This document shows positions 46,838 to 59,620 of a stretch of DNA of 64,000 bases, piece after piece (within the stretch, counting starts at the first letter, position 1; each line of letters begins with the position of its first letter). The notes beneath the pieces are model-generated. The model worked only from the letters and a program-made list of their open reading frames with translations, was not told the origin of the DNA and did not search any database. The DNA is from Patescibacteria group bacterium (GTDB lineage Bacteria > Patescibacteriota > Patescibacteriia > GWA2-46-9). Position numbers and translations under genes: made by a program. The stretch is from contig JBAZXG010000001.1 in assembly GCA_041660005.1 (NCBI GenBank), forward strand, positions 4,253-68,252, in the 5' to 3' direction.

Positions 46838-46931
46838 GCCCCGTCTGACGGGATCGAGGACGTTAACGTAGGTTTTGATAAAAAATTTTTACAAATAAAT
46901 TAGTACCATAGTCTAGACTATGGTACTAATT
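46838..46931. repeat. About 95-bp repeat module, right copy: CCCCGTCTGACGGGA hairpin plus 34-bp perfect palindrome AATTAGTACCATAGTCTAGACTATGGTACTAATT
   Basis: Direct repeat of 43995-44087. Confidence 0.6.
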
Positions 46932-46990
46932 TAAAACTTGTCTTTTAAAAAACTTTTCTTAAAGAAAATAAGAAAAGTTACAAATTTCTC

Positions 46991-47425
46991 TTAGGCTCGT
47001 GGTAAATCCTCTGGCGGTGCTTTATAAAATCCAGACCGCATTAATTGATCGTCTTTCGTGGCTAATATATTTGCCGCTTCATCTAGCGCAACAAGTAATT
47101 TAATAAATTCTTCTACGCTCACTGCTGCGTGAAAATCTCGCTGCATCAACTCGTGGAACTCAGTAATTGTTTTCCGTAATGTTATTGCATTGATTCCTCT
47201 TTCACGCTGACCGAGCGCTTCCGCTTGAGTATAAATTTCACTCACAACACCTCCTAATTCCCAAAGTGTTCGATGCAGATACTGTCCGAGTTCTTGTGTG
47301 CCTAAATCTCTTGTTTCAAGATACCCCTTGTGCAGAGCAACAAAAGCCCGCACACGTTCAACAAGAGCTTTTAACTCCTCTGCTTTACGCATTTCGCTCG
47401 CCCCTTCGGAATCGTGCTCGCCCAT
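46991..47425 (-). CDS. Hypothetical alpha-helical protein immediately downstream of atpC
   Basis: ORF track entry. 12-bp gap to atpC. No recognisable motifs. Confidence 0.45.
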   Translation of the reverse strand: MGEHDSEGASEMRKAEELKALVERVRAFVALHKGYLETRDLGTQELGQYLHRTLWELGGVVSEIYTQAEALGQRERGINAITLRKTITEFHELMQRDFHAAVSVEEFIKLLVALDEAANILATKDDQLMRSGFYKAPPEDLPRA

Positions 47426-47436
47426 AGTAACAAACT

Positions 47437-47898
47437 TTATGTATCCTGGAGAACGCCTTCTGAACCCACGCTATGCTTGCCGCGATGACGTTTTCGCTCT
47501 GCAATGTGTAAGCGCGCAAGTGAACGCTGCAGCTCAGCAGCAGCATCAGTGTAGTGTTCAGTGTCAACACGTTCGGTCTCCATTATTTGCTTCGCACGTT
47601 CTTTAGCCGCTTTTGCTCTTTCGACATCAATTTCGTCAATGTGCTCGGCAGCGTCTGCCAAAATGATAACCTTGCTACCCGCTTGCACTTCGATAAAACC
47701 ACCCGCCACAAAAATTGATGTAATATCATTACCTCTTTTTATGGTTAGCTCCCCGGGCACGAGCGCGCTAACGAGCGGGATGTGATTTGGCAAAATAGTA
47801 ATTTCGCCGGTGGTCGTCGGCAGTGTTACCTGATCGACCGTCTCTTTATAAACGGTTCGCTCGGGAGTAGTGATTTCGAAATCAATCATAGTAATTAA

Positions 47899-47910
<12 letters not shown>
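47437..47910 (-). CDS. atpC: ATP synthase F1 epsilon subunit
   Basis: Beta-sandwich N-terminal (ITILPNHIPL...) followed by a helical C-terminus. Confidence 0.85.
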
Positions 47911-49830
<1,920 letters not shown>

Positions 49831-49834
<4 letters not shown>

Positions 49835-50742
49835 ACTCCCAAAGCTAATCGCCCAGCGCTAATTTCAGCGAGTTCACTTGTTATACCACTCTGCCGAATT
49901 TGGTTTAAGGTTAAAGTAAAGTCTTCTTTAAGATCCTGCGCAGCATCTGAGGCGTTCCTCATCGCCAACATGCGCGAGGCATGCTCTGCGGCATTAGATT
50001 CCTGCAATGCCTGATAGAGTTGCACTTCGATAAGGCGAGGAACGAGACGAAGTAAAACGGCGCTAGCACTTGGCTCGAAAAGATGCACGGCTTCATCCTC
50101 AGTAGTAGACTCTGCGGCGTAATCATGTGCCGTATGACCCAAGTTTGCATCGGGTTCAAGAATCGGTAACAACCGACGCACGCGTGGCACCTGTTTCAAC
50201 ATCGAAATAAAATCGGTATAAACAACAGAAACCTCGTCATACTCTTTATTCACATAGCCCGACATAGCGAGTTCCACAATAGGCGTCATTTGCGCTGTTA
50301 TATTCTCGCGGTCATTACGTTCAAATTCCGCAGCAAACGCTGCGCCTCGCTTAGACAAATAATCCCGCCCTTTTTTACCGAGCGCCACTATTTCGACAGA
50401 GACACCCGGAGTTTCTTCTTTGATTGTTTTACTGTAGGCGCGAGCAACTTCGGCAACTTTGGTGTTGTACCCGCCAGCCAGTCCCCTATTTGAAGACATG
50501 ACAATCAGCATGACGCGACGACGCGGACGAACAGATAGAAGTGCATGCGTAGTGCCGTCCAATTTAGCTGTGACGGAATGCAACATATCCCAAGCAAGAG
50601 TTGCATAACGGCGAGATTGCTGCACCGCACTAATTGCTCGCTGCATTTTTGCAGCAGACACCAGCTCCATGGCGCGTGTAATTTGCCGGATGTTAGTAAC
50701 ACCCTTAATTCTACGCTTAATTTCTCTGGTGGAAGCCGGCAT
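49831..50742 (-). CDS. atpG: ATP synthase F1 gamma subunit
   Basis: Conserved N- and C-terminal helices (ITSELAEI...). Confidence 0.9.
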
Positions 50743-50748
50743 AAAAAA

Positions 50749-52278
50749 TTAACTGATCGTCAAAAACGATTCGTTAAAAGACTGCGTCGCCTTGGTGAGT
50801 TCTGCACCTTCACTATCTTCTATCTTGCCCGCTTTAGTAATGCGGCCAACTAAATCGCGGTTCGTGCTGTGTAGGTGCTTTAAGAATTTCTTTTCCCACT
50901 CTTTCAGACGATCAACTGGCACGGCATCAGCATACCCATTGACTGCCGCATAAAGAACAAACACCTGATCAATAACATCCATTGGTTCATATTGCGCCTG
51001 CGTCAGTAGCTCGGTTACGCGTTTACCGCGCTCAAGTCGCGCTTTGGTTTCTTCGTCCAAATCTGAACCGAACTGGGCAAAGGCCGCGAGCTCTCGATAT
51101 TGCGCGAGGTCGAGGCGCAGCTTGCCGGCTACTTGTTTCATGGCTTTAATTTGCGCAGCTGAACCAACACGAGAAACAGAAAGCCCCACATTGAGCGCCG
51201 GGCGAATACCCTGATAGAAAAGATCAGATTCAAGATAAATTTGCCCGTCAGTAATGGAAATAACGTTCGTCGGAATGTAGGCAGAGACGTCCCCCGCTTG
51301 CGTTTCAATAATGGGTAGCGCGGTGAGTGAGCCACCGCCCTCCTTCTCACTCAAACGTGCCGCACGCTCGAGCAAACGCGAATGCAAATAGAAGACATCC
51401 CCAGGATAGGCCTCACGACCTGGCGGACGCTTCAAAAGTAGTGAAATTTCTCGATAGGCAACCGCGTGCTTAGAAAGATCGTCGTAAACAACGAGCGCAT
51501 CCTGTTTATTATCTAGGTAATGTTCACCCATGGCGCAACCTGCGTACGGCGCCAAATACCCGAGCGCCGCAGAATCAGACGCACCAGCAACAACAACGGT
51601 GGTGTACTCCATGGCGCCTCGCGCTTCAAATTCACCAACAATTTTTGCCACCTTCGATTCTTTTTGACCGATGGCGACATAGATGCAGTGCACACCCTTA
51701 CCTTGCTGGTTAATGATTGCATCAATCGCAATAGCTGTTTTTCCGGTTTGGCGGTCGCCAATAATGAGCTCACGCTGACCGCGACCAATAGGAATCATGG
51801 CATCAATTGCCTTAATGCCGGTTTGAAGCGGCGTATCGACTGACTTACGAGTAATAACACCAGGCGCAATGCGCTCAACCGGACGCTGGTGCACTTCACC
51901 TTTGAGTGGTCCTTTACCGTCAATCGGTTCACCAAGCGGGTTAACAACGCGCCCGACAAGTGCAGGTCCTGTCGGAACGGAAAGCACTTCGCCTGTACCT
52001 TTAACAGAATCCCCAGCAGACAACTTTGCGGCGTCTCCCAGGACAACAGCACCAATACTGTCTTCGAGTAAGTTCAAGGCAAGTCCGTAAACAATCTCGT
52101 TTTTATTCGTTGTAAAGGCCAAGAGTTCAGAAGATTTGGTGTTCGGTAGACCCGCAATCACCGCAATGCCGTCCCCTACCTCGAGCACAACACCAACAGT
52201 ACTTACCTTGGGCGAAACGTCAGCCGCCTCAAGTTTTTTTCTTAATTGCTCGACAATTTTTTCAGAAATTGATGCCAT
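50749..52278 (-). CDS. atpA: ATP synthase F1 alpha subunit
   Basis: GDRQTGKT P-loop. 509 aa. Confidence 0.95.
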   Translation of the reverse strand: MASISEKIVEQLRKKLEAADVSPKVSTVGVVLEVGDGIAVIAGLPNTKSSELLAFTTNKNEIVYGLALNLLEDSIGAVVLGDAAKLSAGDSVKGTGEVLSVPTGPALVGRVVNPLGEPIDGKGPLKGEVHQRPVERIAPGVITRKSVDTPLQTGIKAIDAMIPIGRGQRELIIGDRQTGKTAIAIDAIINQQGKGVHCIYVAIGQKESKVAKIVGEFEARGAMEYTTVVVAGASDSAALGYLAPYAGCAMGEHYLDNKQDALVVYDDLSKHAVAYREISLLLKRPPGREAYPGDVFYLHSRLLERAARLSEKEGGGSLTALPIIETQAGDVSAYIPTNVISITDGQIYLESDLFYQGIRPALNVGLSVSRVGSAAQIKAMKQVAGKLRLDLAQYRELAAFAQFGSDLDEETKARLERGKRVTELLTQAQYEPMDVIDQVFVLYAAVNGYADAVPVDRLKEWEKKFLKHLHSTNRDLVGRITKAGKIEDSEGAELTKATQSFNESFLTIS

Positions 52279-52280
52279 AA

Positions 52281-52649
52281 TTATACAGATTTCATGACCA
52301 TACGCAGTTGCTCGAGCGCTCCACTGACGGACGCATCGATTGCTCGATCTTCCTGCTTGACGGTAAACCCGCCAATAAGATTTTTATTTTCAGTGATGAC
52401 AGAATTTTCAAACATTTTAAACGTGGACTCCGGCGTTGCATGCGCCACTTGAATAACGCTTGACTTGCGGTACTGCCTCAATTCAACCTCACGTAACACT
52501 GCAGACAGGATGGCCGGAACAAGCGGCGCTAACCGATGTTGTTTTATGAAGGAGACAAAATGATCAAGCATCTTCCCGGCACTGTTTTCAGATGTAGCTT
52601 GCTCGTAGGCGTCGAGTAGTGCCTTGGCGTAATGCGTAGAGGTCGTCAT
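52281..52649 (-). CDS. atpH: ATP synthase delta (OSCP) subunit, short form
   Basis: YAKALLDAY start typical of delta. Only 122 aa. Confidence 0.7.
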   Translation of the reverse strand: MTTSTHYAKALLDAYEQATSENSAGKMLDHFVSFIKQHRLAPLVPAILSAVLREVELRQYRKSSVIQVAHATPESTFKMFENSVITENKNLIGGFTVKQEDRAIDASVSGALEQLRMVMKSV

Positions 52650-53194
52650 ACTGCTTTACTCACCTCTTTCAACGCTTTGGCAACGAGCGCTTTATCCAAA
52701 TGCGCGTCTACACGACCTTGCAACACTTTCTCAGCGGCGAGCGTAACTAAATCAGCTGCCTCGGCACGTACCTCAGTGAGCAACTTTTCTTTTGCCTCTG
52801 CAAGTTCTTTCACTGCGCGATCTCGAACAGTTTGCACTTTTTCCTCAGCTGCAGCTACGGCGTCGGTAACCACGCGCTTTGCCTCATCGTCAGCTTTGGA
52901 AAGAATTCTACTCGCTTCTTCCTCTGCTTTCGCAACCACGCGCCGACGCTCTGCTTCGAGTTCAGCCAACTTCCGGTCAGCTTTCTCAGCATTCTCTAAA
53001 CCAGACTGTATGCGCTCACTGCGCTCAGCCATATACGTTGTCAATGGACGAAACAGTAAAAACCACAGCGCAACAATGAGTAGCCCAAAATTTAAGAGCT
53101 GCGCAAAAAAGAGCGTCAGGTTAAGTCCGAGCGTCCCTGCGACACCCCCTGAAGCTACTTCTTCTGCGGCCAATGCCGCGTGGATAAGGTCCAT
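52646..53194 (-). CDS. atpF: ATP synthase Fo b subunit
   Basis: N-terminal TM followed by a long charged coiled coil. Confidence 0.8.
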   Translation of the reverse strand: MDLIHAALAAEEVASGGVAGTLGLNLTLFFAQLLNFGLLIVALWFLLFRPLTTYMAERSERIQSGLENAEKADRKLAELEAERRRVVAKAEEEASRILSKADDEAKRVVTDAVAAAEEKVQTVRDRAVKELAEAKEKLLTEVRAEAADLVTLAAEKVLQGRVDAHLDKALVAKALKEVSKAV

Positions 53195-53224
53195 GGCAAC
53201 TACGAAAAAGAAACGAGGACCAAA

Positions 53225-53452
<228 letters not shown>

Positions 53453-53572
53453 CTAAATATATGTAAATGCCCCATGGCTCATAGGCCATCAGGCGTTTGT
53501 AAGAATGAGTAAAGTATGCCATATTCGCTGGCTTTTGCAAGAGGTTACTAGAACCCACCTTTGAGATGGGTT

Positions 53573-54370
53573 CTAGTGCACTGCTTCCATTTCGGTTGTG
53601 GCAACCGAAAGGTAAACGAGCGCTAACAGAGCAAACACCATGGCCTGAATGATGCCGACCAAAACTTCTAAAAGCAAAAACGGCAGCGGTACGGCATAGG
53701 CGATGAGACTGGCCATAACCGTTAAGAGCACCTCACCAGCAAAAATGTTGCCAAACAAACGAAGGGAGAGACTGACGACTTTGGCCACTTCACTAATTAT
53801 TTCGATGAGGCCGACAAAAAATTCAACAATGCCGACAAAAATACCGATGCCACCCTTTCTGACCGACTTCCAGAGTGTGCCAAGTTTAATGAACCGATCA
53901 GCATACTTCCAAAAACCAATGGCGGCTACGCCAAAAATATGCGCACCAACAACTGCCACAACTGCCATAGCGACCGTTAAGTTGAGGTCAGCGTTGGCAG
54001 GACGGAACAGTGGAAACGGAATTAACTCACCATGTTCGCTACTCAGAATGGTTAAGGAGCCGATTCCGGGCAACACACCAATCCAGTTTGAAATGAGGAT
54101 GAAAAAAAAGAGCGTGCCGACAATCGGAAAAAACTTCAGCGACTTCTTCCGGTCATGGGTCACGCGGTCCATATAATCAAGCACGGTATCAACGGCAATT
54201 TCAAGAATGTTCTGCGCACCATGCGGAACAGGGCGAAGGCGTCTGCCAAAATACGCCGCAAAAAGAATGAGCCCAACCGACACGACGAGAGCATTCACAA
54301 AACTGTTCGTTACCGGGAACGAACCGATGTGAAATACTACTTCAGCAGCAAGTGGAGGGAGGTGCACCAT
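53573..54370 (-). CDS. atpB: ATP synthase Fo a subunit
   Basis: LSLRLFGNIFAGE motif with the essential Arg. Confidence 0.9.
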   Translation of the reverse strand: MVHLPPLAAEVVFHIGSFPVTNSFVNALVVSVGLILFAAYFGRRLRPVPHGAQNILEIAVDTVLDYMDRVTHDRKKSLKFFPIVGTLFFFILISNWIGVLPGIGSLTILSSEHGELIPFPLFRPANADLNLTVAMAVVAVVGAHIFGVAAIGFWKYADRFIKLGTLWKSVRKGGIGIFVGIVEFFVGLIEIISEVAKVVSLSLRLFGNIFAGEVLLTVMASLIAYAVPLPFLLLEVLVGIIQAMVFALLALVYLSVATTEMEAVH

Positions 54371-54397
54371 GTGAGTGAGGTTAATCGCGAGAACCTA

Positions 54398-54610
54398 CTA
54401 GGGTTTCAGCGACTTTATTTTTCGGTACGTCCAGACTGCGCCAAGCAAAAGCCCAATCCCTAGACCCACGAGAGACAGCCAGGGAGCGGTATTGAAAGCG
54501 ATATCGGCCTTACGCCCTAGCCAAATAAAAACAAAAAGGACGACGGCGAGCGTAATACCAAACTCCAGCGCAAAGGAAACTGCGTTTTTACCAAGCTGCT
54601 GTTGGGTCAT
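54398..54610 (-). CDS. AtpZ/AtpI-like small membrane protein
   Basis: Two-TM 70-aa protein upstream of atpB. The track ORF extends to 54700 and overlaps ndk, so the internal Met MTQQQLGK is preferred. Confidence 0.5.
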   Translation of the reverse strand: MTQQQLGKNAVSFALEFGITLAVVLFVFIWLGRKADIAFNTAPWLSLVGLGIGLLLGAVWTYRKIKSLKP

Positions 54611-54639
54611 AGTAAAAAAATCCTGAGCAACCAAAAAAT

Positions 54640-55233
54640 CTAGAACATGATATCTTCTTCCGCCCGCGGGTATTCGTGAATCTCTTCTTTGCTGAACCAA
54701 TGTTTCAGTTCATGCGCAGCTTCTGATGGATCACCCGAAGCATGAACAACATTGTGCAGCGTTCGCTTATTCTCGTTTGCGAGCATTGGTGAATCCACAG
54801 AATAATCACCGCGAATGGTTCCCATGTCTGCTTTTGAAGGCAGCGTGTGGCCAACAATTTTTCGAACCATAGCAATGGCATGGATCCCCTGCACCACCAT
54901 GGCGACAATCGGACCAGAGGTTAAAAACTCTGTGTTCCATTCGCCCACTTCTTTACCAATAGCCACCGGATCATCCGTACCAATTTCTTTCAAAGGGTCT
55001 TTCCCGAGCTCTTTATAGTTGGCGAGCGATTTTTCTCCGATTGCCTTATACCACGCCTCAGTGTTCGGGTAATGATCGTGCGCTTGCTTTTCGGTTGCCA
55101 CTACCATCTTGAGAGCAATAATTTTGAGTCCTCGCTGTTCGATGCGGTGAATAATTTCACCAATGAGTCCGCGCTTGACGCCGTCTGGCTTTACGAGAAC
55201 AACGGTTTTTTCTTGCATGAGTTCTGATTGCAT
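54640..55233 (-). CDS. ndk: Nucleoside diphosphate kinase with a roughly 40-aa internal insertion
   Basis: VLVKPDGV, active-site His in NVVHASG. 197 aa against a typical length near 145. Confidence 0.8.
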   Translation of the reverse strand: MQSELMQEKTVVLVKPDGVKRGLIGEIIHRIEQRGLKIIALKMVVATEKQAHDHYPNTEAWYKAIGEKSLANYKELGKDPLKEIGTDDPVAIGKEVGEWNTEFLTSGPIVAMVVQGIHAIAMVRKIVGHTLPSKADMGTIRGDYSVDSPMLANENKRTLHNVVHASGDPSEAAHELKHWFSKEEIHEYPRAEEDIMF

Positions 55234-55257
55234 AAAAAAATTAACTTATACTTTGAA

Positions 55258-55659
55258 TTATGGTTTTGCTAAATAATTGCGAACTTCCTTAACAACCTCA
55301 CCCGGAGTTTTGCTGGATTTCACGATGTAGCCCAGTGCCCCGAGCTTCACACCTTTTTCCTTGTCTTCGTCTTGACCAAGGTTCGTGAGCATCACCACGC
55401 GCAAGTTCTTCGTTTTTTCATTTTGACGAAGCATCTGCAGAACGCTAAACCCATCGAGACCAGGCATGATGACATCCAATAAAACGATGGCCGGCTGTTC
55501 TTGCTCTGCCAGCTCCGGCGCCCCGTCACCGCGATTATGCGAGACAACAAGAAACCCTTCCTGTTCAAACTTATGAACATACATATCGAGAATCATCGGG
55601 TCGTCCTCGACAATCATTATTTTTGTCTTTGCTTCGGCCATAGGAATTGCCCGTACCAT
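55258..55659 (-). CDS. Stand-alone response-regulator receiver (CheY-like) domain protein
   Basis: MIVEDD...LLDVIMPGLDG...KS receiver signature. Confidence 0.8.
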   Translation of the reverse strand: MVRAIPMAEAKTKIMIVEDDPMILDMYVHKFEQEGFLVVSHNRGDGAPELAEQEQPAIVLLDVIMPGLDGFSVLQMLRQNEKTKNLRVVMLTNLGQDEDKEKGVKLGALGYIVKSSKTPGEVVKEVRNYLAKP

Positions 55660-55741
55660 ACCATACAGGCACTAAAACGCAAGTGTTAACGGGCGTTTCT
55701 GTGATTTTTCGCCGCGAAAATTCCGCCAATACAATTTTTTC

Positions 55742-56455
55742 CTACGGTTCAAGGGTTTGAAATCGTTTTACAAATGCCGGTCTAAGAACAGTCATCAAAG
55801 TAAGGAGCCAGACACCAATAACGTAACCTCCAAGAACATCACTCAACCAATGCACGCCAAGGTAGACCCTACTTACGCCAATAGCTAAGACAAGAATCGT
55901 TGCGCTAACCAGCGCATAAAAACGTGGCGCGTGGCGTTTTGTCTGCCAAAAAACGTAGAGTGCCATAAAACCAAAAAAAACAAATGCGGCCAGCGCGTGA
56001 CCGCTCGGAAAACTGTACGTCGTTTCAATGGTAATCGGAGAAAAAAACGGTCGTGGACGGACAAAAACAATTTTCAAAACAAACTGCAACACCCAAGCGG
56101 CACTCATGCCGACAACCAGAAGGAGCGCATCAGCAACGTGACGTTTAAGATAAAGTGCGGCAGTGACGACTGCCACCAAAACAATGAGAAGCTCTCTTCC
56201 AAAAAGCGTCACCACAAACATGATTGCATTTAAAAATGGCGTATGCCAACCCACGGTCATCCTAGCAACCGAGATGTCCACAACAGCAAACTGTCCAATA
56301 GATAAAAAGTACATGCCATAACTCGCAACAACCAGGCCGGCAACCCACAGTAGCAAGGAGGCAATTTTTTTGTTGGTCATGAAAGTAGTGTAGCGCGAGA
56401 CGCTGAAAACGAAAACCGGCCGTCGAAGTGGTTTGATGCGCAACGTTGTGCACAC
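55742..56455 (-). CDS. PAP2-family membrane phosphatase (undecaprenyl-diphosphatase / PgpB-like)
   Basis: KxxxxxxRP (KIVFVRPRP), PSGH, SRVYLGVHWLSD motifs. Confidence 0.8.
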   Translation of the reverse strand: MCTTLRIKPLRRPVFVFSVSRYTTFMTNKKIASLLLWVAGLVVASYGMYFLSIGQFAVVDISVARMTVGWHTPFLNAIMFVVTLFGRELLIVLVAVVTAALYLKRHVADALLLVVGMSAAWVLQFVLKIVFVRPRPFFSPITIETTYSFPSGHALAAFVFFGFMALYVFWQTKRHAPRFYALVSATILVLAIGVSRVYLGVHWLSDVLGGYVIGVWLLTLMTVLRPAFVKRFQTLEP

Positions 56456-56512
56456 CTACCTACTTCGACGGCCAGCTCCGATTTATCTCTTGTGCCTACC
56501 TCCTTGTTGGGC

Positions 56513-57664
56513 TTATGCTTTCGCCGCCACAACTTCCCGGCGTTTCTCTACGGCAGCCGCGAGCTCCCCAAAAAGCTCCTCGGTGGTTGACCAGCCCATG
56601 CACTCGTCAGTGATGGACTGCCCATAGACTAAAGGAACTCCCTCCTTACGGTCTTGCCGTCCAGGAACCAGAAACGACTCCATGCCGATGCCGACGAGAG
56701 GTTCCGCGCCCTTTCTGACTTGCTCCGCGATGCCGTGAACCACGAACGGCTGCCGATGATGATTGAACTGACTGTTCCCGTGACTGGCATCGACCATCAC
56801 TTTGGTATCGATGCCGGCTCCAAGCAAGGCATCACTTGCGCGCCGAACAGCCAGCGAGTCACAGGCCGCATGCGTTCGAGACCCTCGCAGCATCAGACAA
56901 CAATCAGGGTTGCCGGCCGTCTCGACGATCGCCGCAAGGGCGGTCTTTGTCACCGACAGAAAGGACTGCTGGCGACGAGCTGCCTTGATGGCGGCGATGG
57001 CAACGTCAACGTCCCCGGTTGGACCGCTCTTGACGATGACGGGCATTGAAAGCCCGCTCGTGAGTTCCTGGTGTGGCTGACTGCCGGTCATTTGAGCACC
57101 GACAGCACCCAGACTGATCAAATCAGAAACCCACTGGGGCAGCATGACGTCCGAAAACTTCACAGCCGTCGGAACGCCGAGTTTTGCCAGGTCGATCAGT
57201 AGCTTTCGAGCTACCCGTAACCCTTCATTGATCTGACAGCTACCGTCCAGAAAAGGATCGTTGACGAGACCCTTCCATCCGGTCTCTGTCCGGTGTTTTT
57301 CGATGTACGTCCGCACCACAAACAAAAGGTTTTTGCCGAGCGCCTTCTGAACACCTGCGAGACGTTCTGCGTACTCGACTACCGCCTCGGGATCATGCGC
57401 AGAGCACGGCCCAACGGCTACCAGGAGCCGGTCATCTCGCCCATGCATGATATCGGCTATCTCTTGCCTCCACCGGATGACATTGTCAGCGATGGCACCT
57501 GTCAACGGTAGCTCCTCGATCAAGATCGCGGGTGGCTTCAAAGCACGCGTTCTTTTTATCCTGACATCATCAACCGTTGCATAGAAACCATCAAACTTCA
57601 TCTTCCTCTCCCCTTGCCGCTTTCTGCTACGGCCCGCATCCCTGGTCTCACTTGCGTGAGACAA
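56513..57664 (-). CDS. aroG: 3-deoxy-7-phosphoheptulonate (DAHP) synthase, class I, in GC-rich DNA
   Basis: LLVAVGPCSAHDPEAVVEYAERL motif. About 58% GC. Confidence 0.7.
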   Translation of the reverse strand: MSHASETRDAGRSRKRQGERKMKFDGFYATVDDVRIKRTRALKPPAILIEELPLTGAIADNVIRWRQEIADIMHGRDDRLLVAVGPCSAHDPEAVVEYAERLAGVQKALGKNLLFVVRTYIEKHRTETGWKGLVNDPFLDGSCQINEGLRVARKLLIDLAKLGVPTAVKFSDVMLPQWVSDLISLGAVGAQMTGSQPHQELTSGLSMPVIVKSGPTGDVDVAIAAIKAARRQQSFLSVTKTALAAIVETAGNPDCCLMLRGSRTHAACDSLAVRRASDALLGAGIDTKVMVDASHGNSQFNHHRQPFVVHGIAEQVRKGAEPLVGIGMESFLVPGRQDRKEGVPLVYGQSITDECMGWSTTEELFGELAAAVEKRREVVAAKA

Positions 57665-57983
57665 GCCAATAAACGAAAGTTAACGACTCATTGCCGAAAA
57701 TACTGACAGGTGTTTGATGTTATTCCCGGCAGCGGTGGGCTGGCGTAAACCAGCCCGACGCTGCCGAAAACGTTTGTTAAAGAACTAAGAACCTGTTCAA
57801 CATCTTCCCCCATCCAGAAAACAAAATGACCCGCCGGTTAAGGCGGGTCAGTCGGTTTTCTGTTTCAGAGTACGTTACACCGCCTGGCCTGCCTGGTCAG
57901 TAAAGAAATAAAAACCAAAAAACGTTGTGCGGGTGTAATTCATACCAAAAACAGTATAGCCAAAACGAGAAAAAGGTCAAGGT

Positions 57984-58943
57984 CTAGCGTTGAACTGGCG
58001 GCCCAATCAACTTAGGAGGAAAAATATTATCCGGCCGTTGCAACTCGGGGTCAATCGTTCGCGCAAAACAAACGCGACCAGCACTGTGATCCCAATTTGC
58101 ATTTTCTATGCGCGTCGGAATGGAAGGCATTGTTTTTCCAACCTGTTCAGAAAACGCCGAAGAAAAAACGGCGCAGAGCTCAAACTGCAAATCAGCGAGA
58201 ACCTTGTACTCATAGGGCACCCCTGTTTCAGGATCAACGGGTACGGTGTAGCCAGTGAGACTGCTGGTGAGGTCCTCTAGTGTTTTGGGTAACGTATTCT
58301 TAGCTACCCAATAATCAACAACCTGACCTTGTGCAGTTTGTAGGTCGCTCACGCGCTGGTCATCAAACCGCCATGCTCGCTGCGTGGCCGGTGAACCGGC
58401 TAAGAAGAAACCGGAAACAACGGCGGCGATCACGAGAGCAGATAGCCCATACGCCAATGGTCGGCTGAACTTGTCTGTAACACCAGCTTCTCGTTTGAGA
58501 TCAGAAAGGTAATACCAAAACACCAAGGCAGCTACCGCTAGCACTACCAATATCTTTAGACCAAACCGCGTCGTCAATTCACCGCCGAGGAAACTCCGAA
58601 TGAGTACGATGAGGTCAATGATGATAGTTACCGCAGCAACAAAAAGCGTAAAGTTAAAAAGCCATCGACGCACGCGAATTTCTCGCTTCTCCGGATCGGC
58701 CTCTACATCTTTACCAAGGAGCCGCAGTACGTAGAGATAGACCGGCCAGGCAACGACGAGCGCCGCAATAGCTCCCTGCATGACGCTGCCGACCACTCGG
58801 CGCGATCGATAAAACTCTAGTGCGTCCGGGAAATACACATCAATAAACTGAAACAATAGCACAATGAAACTGACCACGCTGATAATCAGCGTAACAACGG
58901 CTAGCAAATGCGCAAACACGTCTCGCGGTGTGCTTTTGTTCAT
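57984..58943 (-). CDS. Membrane protein with 4-5 N-terminal TM helices and C-terminal extracytoplasmic domain
   Basis: Hydrophobic segments. The 59063-59102 palindrome lies about 120 bp upstream. Confidence 0.6.
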   Translation of the reverse strand: MNKSTPRDVFAHLLAVVTLIISVVSFIVLLFQFIDVYFPDALEFYRSRRVVGSVMQGAIAALVVAWPVYLYVLRLLGKDVEADPEKREIRVRRWLFNFTLFVAAVTIIIDLIVLIRSFLGGELTTRFGLKILVVLAVAALVFWYYLSDLKREAGVTDKFSRPLAYGLSALVIAAVVSGFFLAGSPATQRAWRFDDQRVSDLQTAQGQVVDYWVAKNTLPKTLEDLTSSLTGYTVPVDPETGVPYEYKVLADLQFELCAVFSSAFSEQVGKTMPSIPTRIENANWDHSAGRVCFARTIDPELQRPDNIFPPKLIGPPVQR

Positions 58944-59062
58944 ATATTAGTTAGTAGTGTCAGAGACTTTAAGTATAGGCCAAGCTCACGATTTTGCAAT
59001 CAAGCGGTCGCTATTTTTCTTTTAGTTACGAACAATTTTAGCATTGAAGCTTCTCATTATCG

Positions 59063-59102
59063 TTTTACACAATTTTGTGCGTACGCACAAAATTGTGTAA
59101 AA
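59063..59102. promoter_or_regulatory. 40-bp perfect palindrome TTTTACACAATTTTGTGCGT|ACGCACAAAATTGTGTAAAA
   Basis: Paralog of 31075-31112. Differences between the copies are symmetric. Confidence 0.5.
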
Positions 59103-59107
59103 AATAA

Positions 59108-59130
59108 AACCGGCAGAGAGCCGGATTATT
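59108..59130. terminator. Hairpin AAACCGGC-AGAGA-GCCGGATTATT. A second near-identical copy sits at 59508-59530.
   Basis: 30-bp near-identical direct repeats separated by 400 bp. Confidence 0.4.
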
Positions 59131-59277
59131 ACGACCAAAAATGTCTTTAAGAAAGTTAAGATAACTTATCTAGCGGTTTGTTGTGCGCAGTCCAATACCC
59201 GTGAGTTCTTCGATAGGTACTTTAAAGCGCTCAGCTAAATAACGCGTCAGATAATCGAATTCATCGCTACGATCGAT

Positions 59278-59460
59278 CTATGTGGCGAGAGTCGTTAGCT
59301 GATGAGTAATTTCCTTATGTCGCACTTCCTGCTTTTTGTCCCAGTTGGTAAATTTGTCATTCAAACCGCGAACGGCCGTCTCGTGATAGGCCTTCAGGGC
59401 TGCATGGAGTTCTTTGCGAAGAGTCGCGGCTGTGAGCGGTTGATTGCGTGGCGTGGGCAT
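59278..59460 (-). CDS. Small hypothetical protein, 60 aa
   Basis: ORF track entry only. Lies between the two CCGGCAGAGAGCCGG hairpins. Confidence 0.25.
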   Translation of the reverse strand: MPTPRNQPLTAATLRKELHAALKAYHETAVRGLNDKFTNWDKKQEVRHKEITHQLTTLAT

Positions 59461-59620
59461 AAATATTATTCAGTGAACATATAGTAGCACATCCTGAAGC
59501 AAAATTAAACCGGCAGAGAGCCGGGTTATTTGAGAGATGTTTTGTCCTTTTATCCGAAAAGAGTTAAGTGCACTCGCACCTCGACTGGTTCGATAAACTC
59601 ACCACAAGTCACTATGTTCG

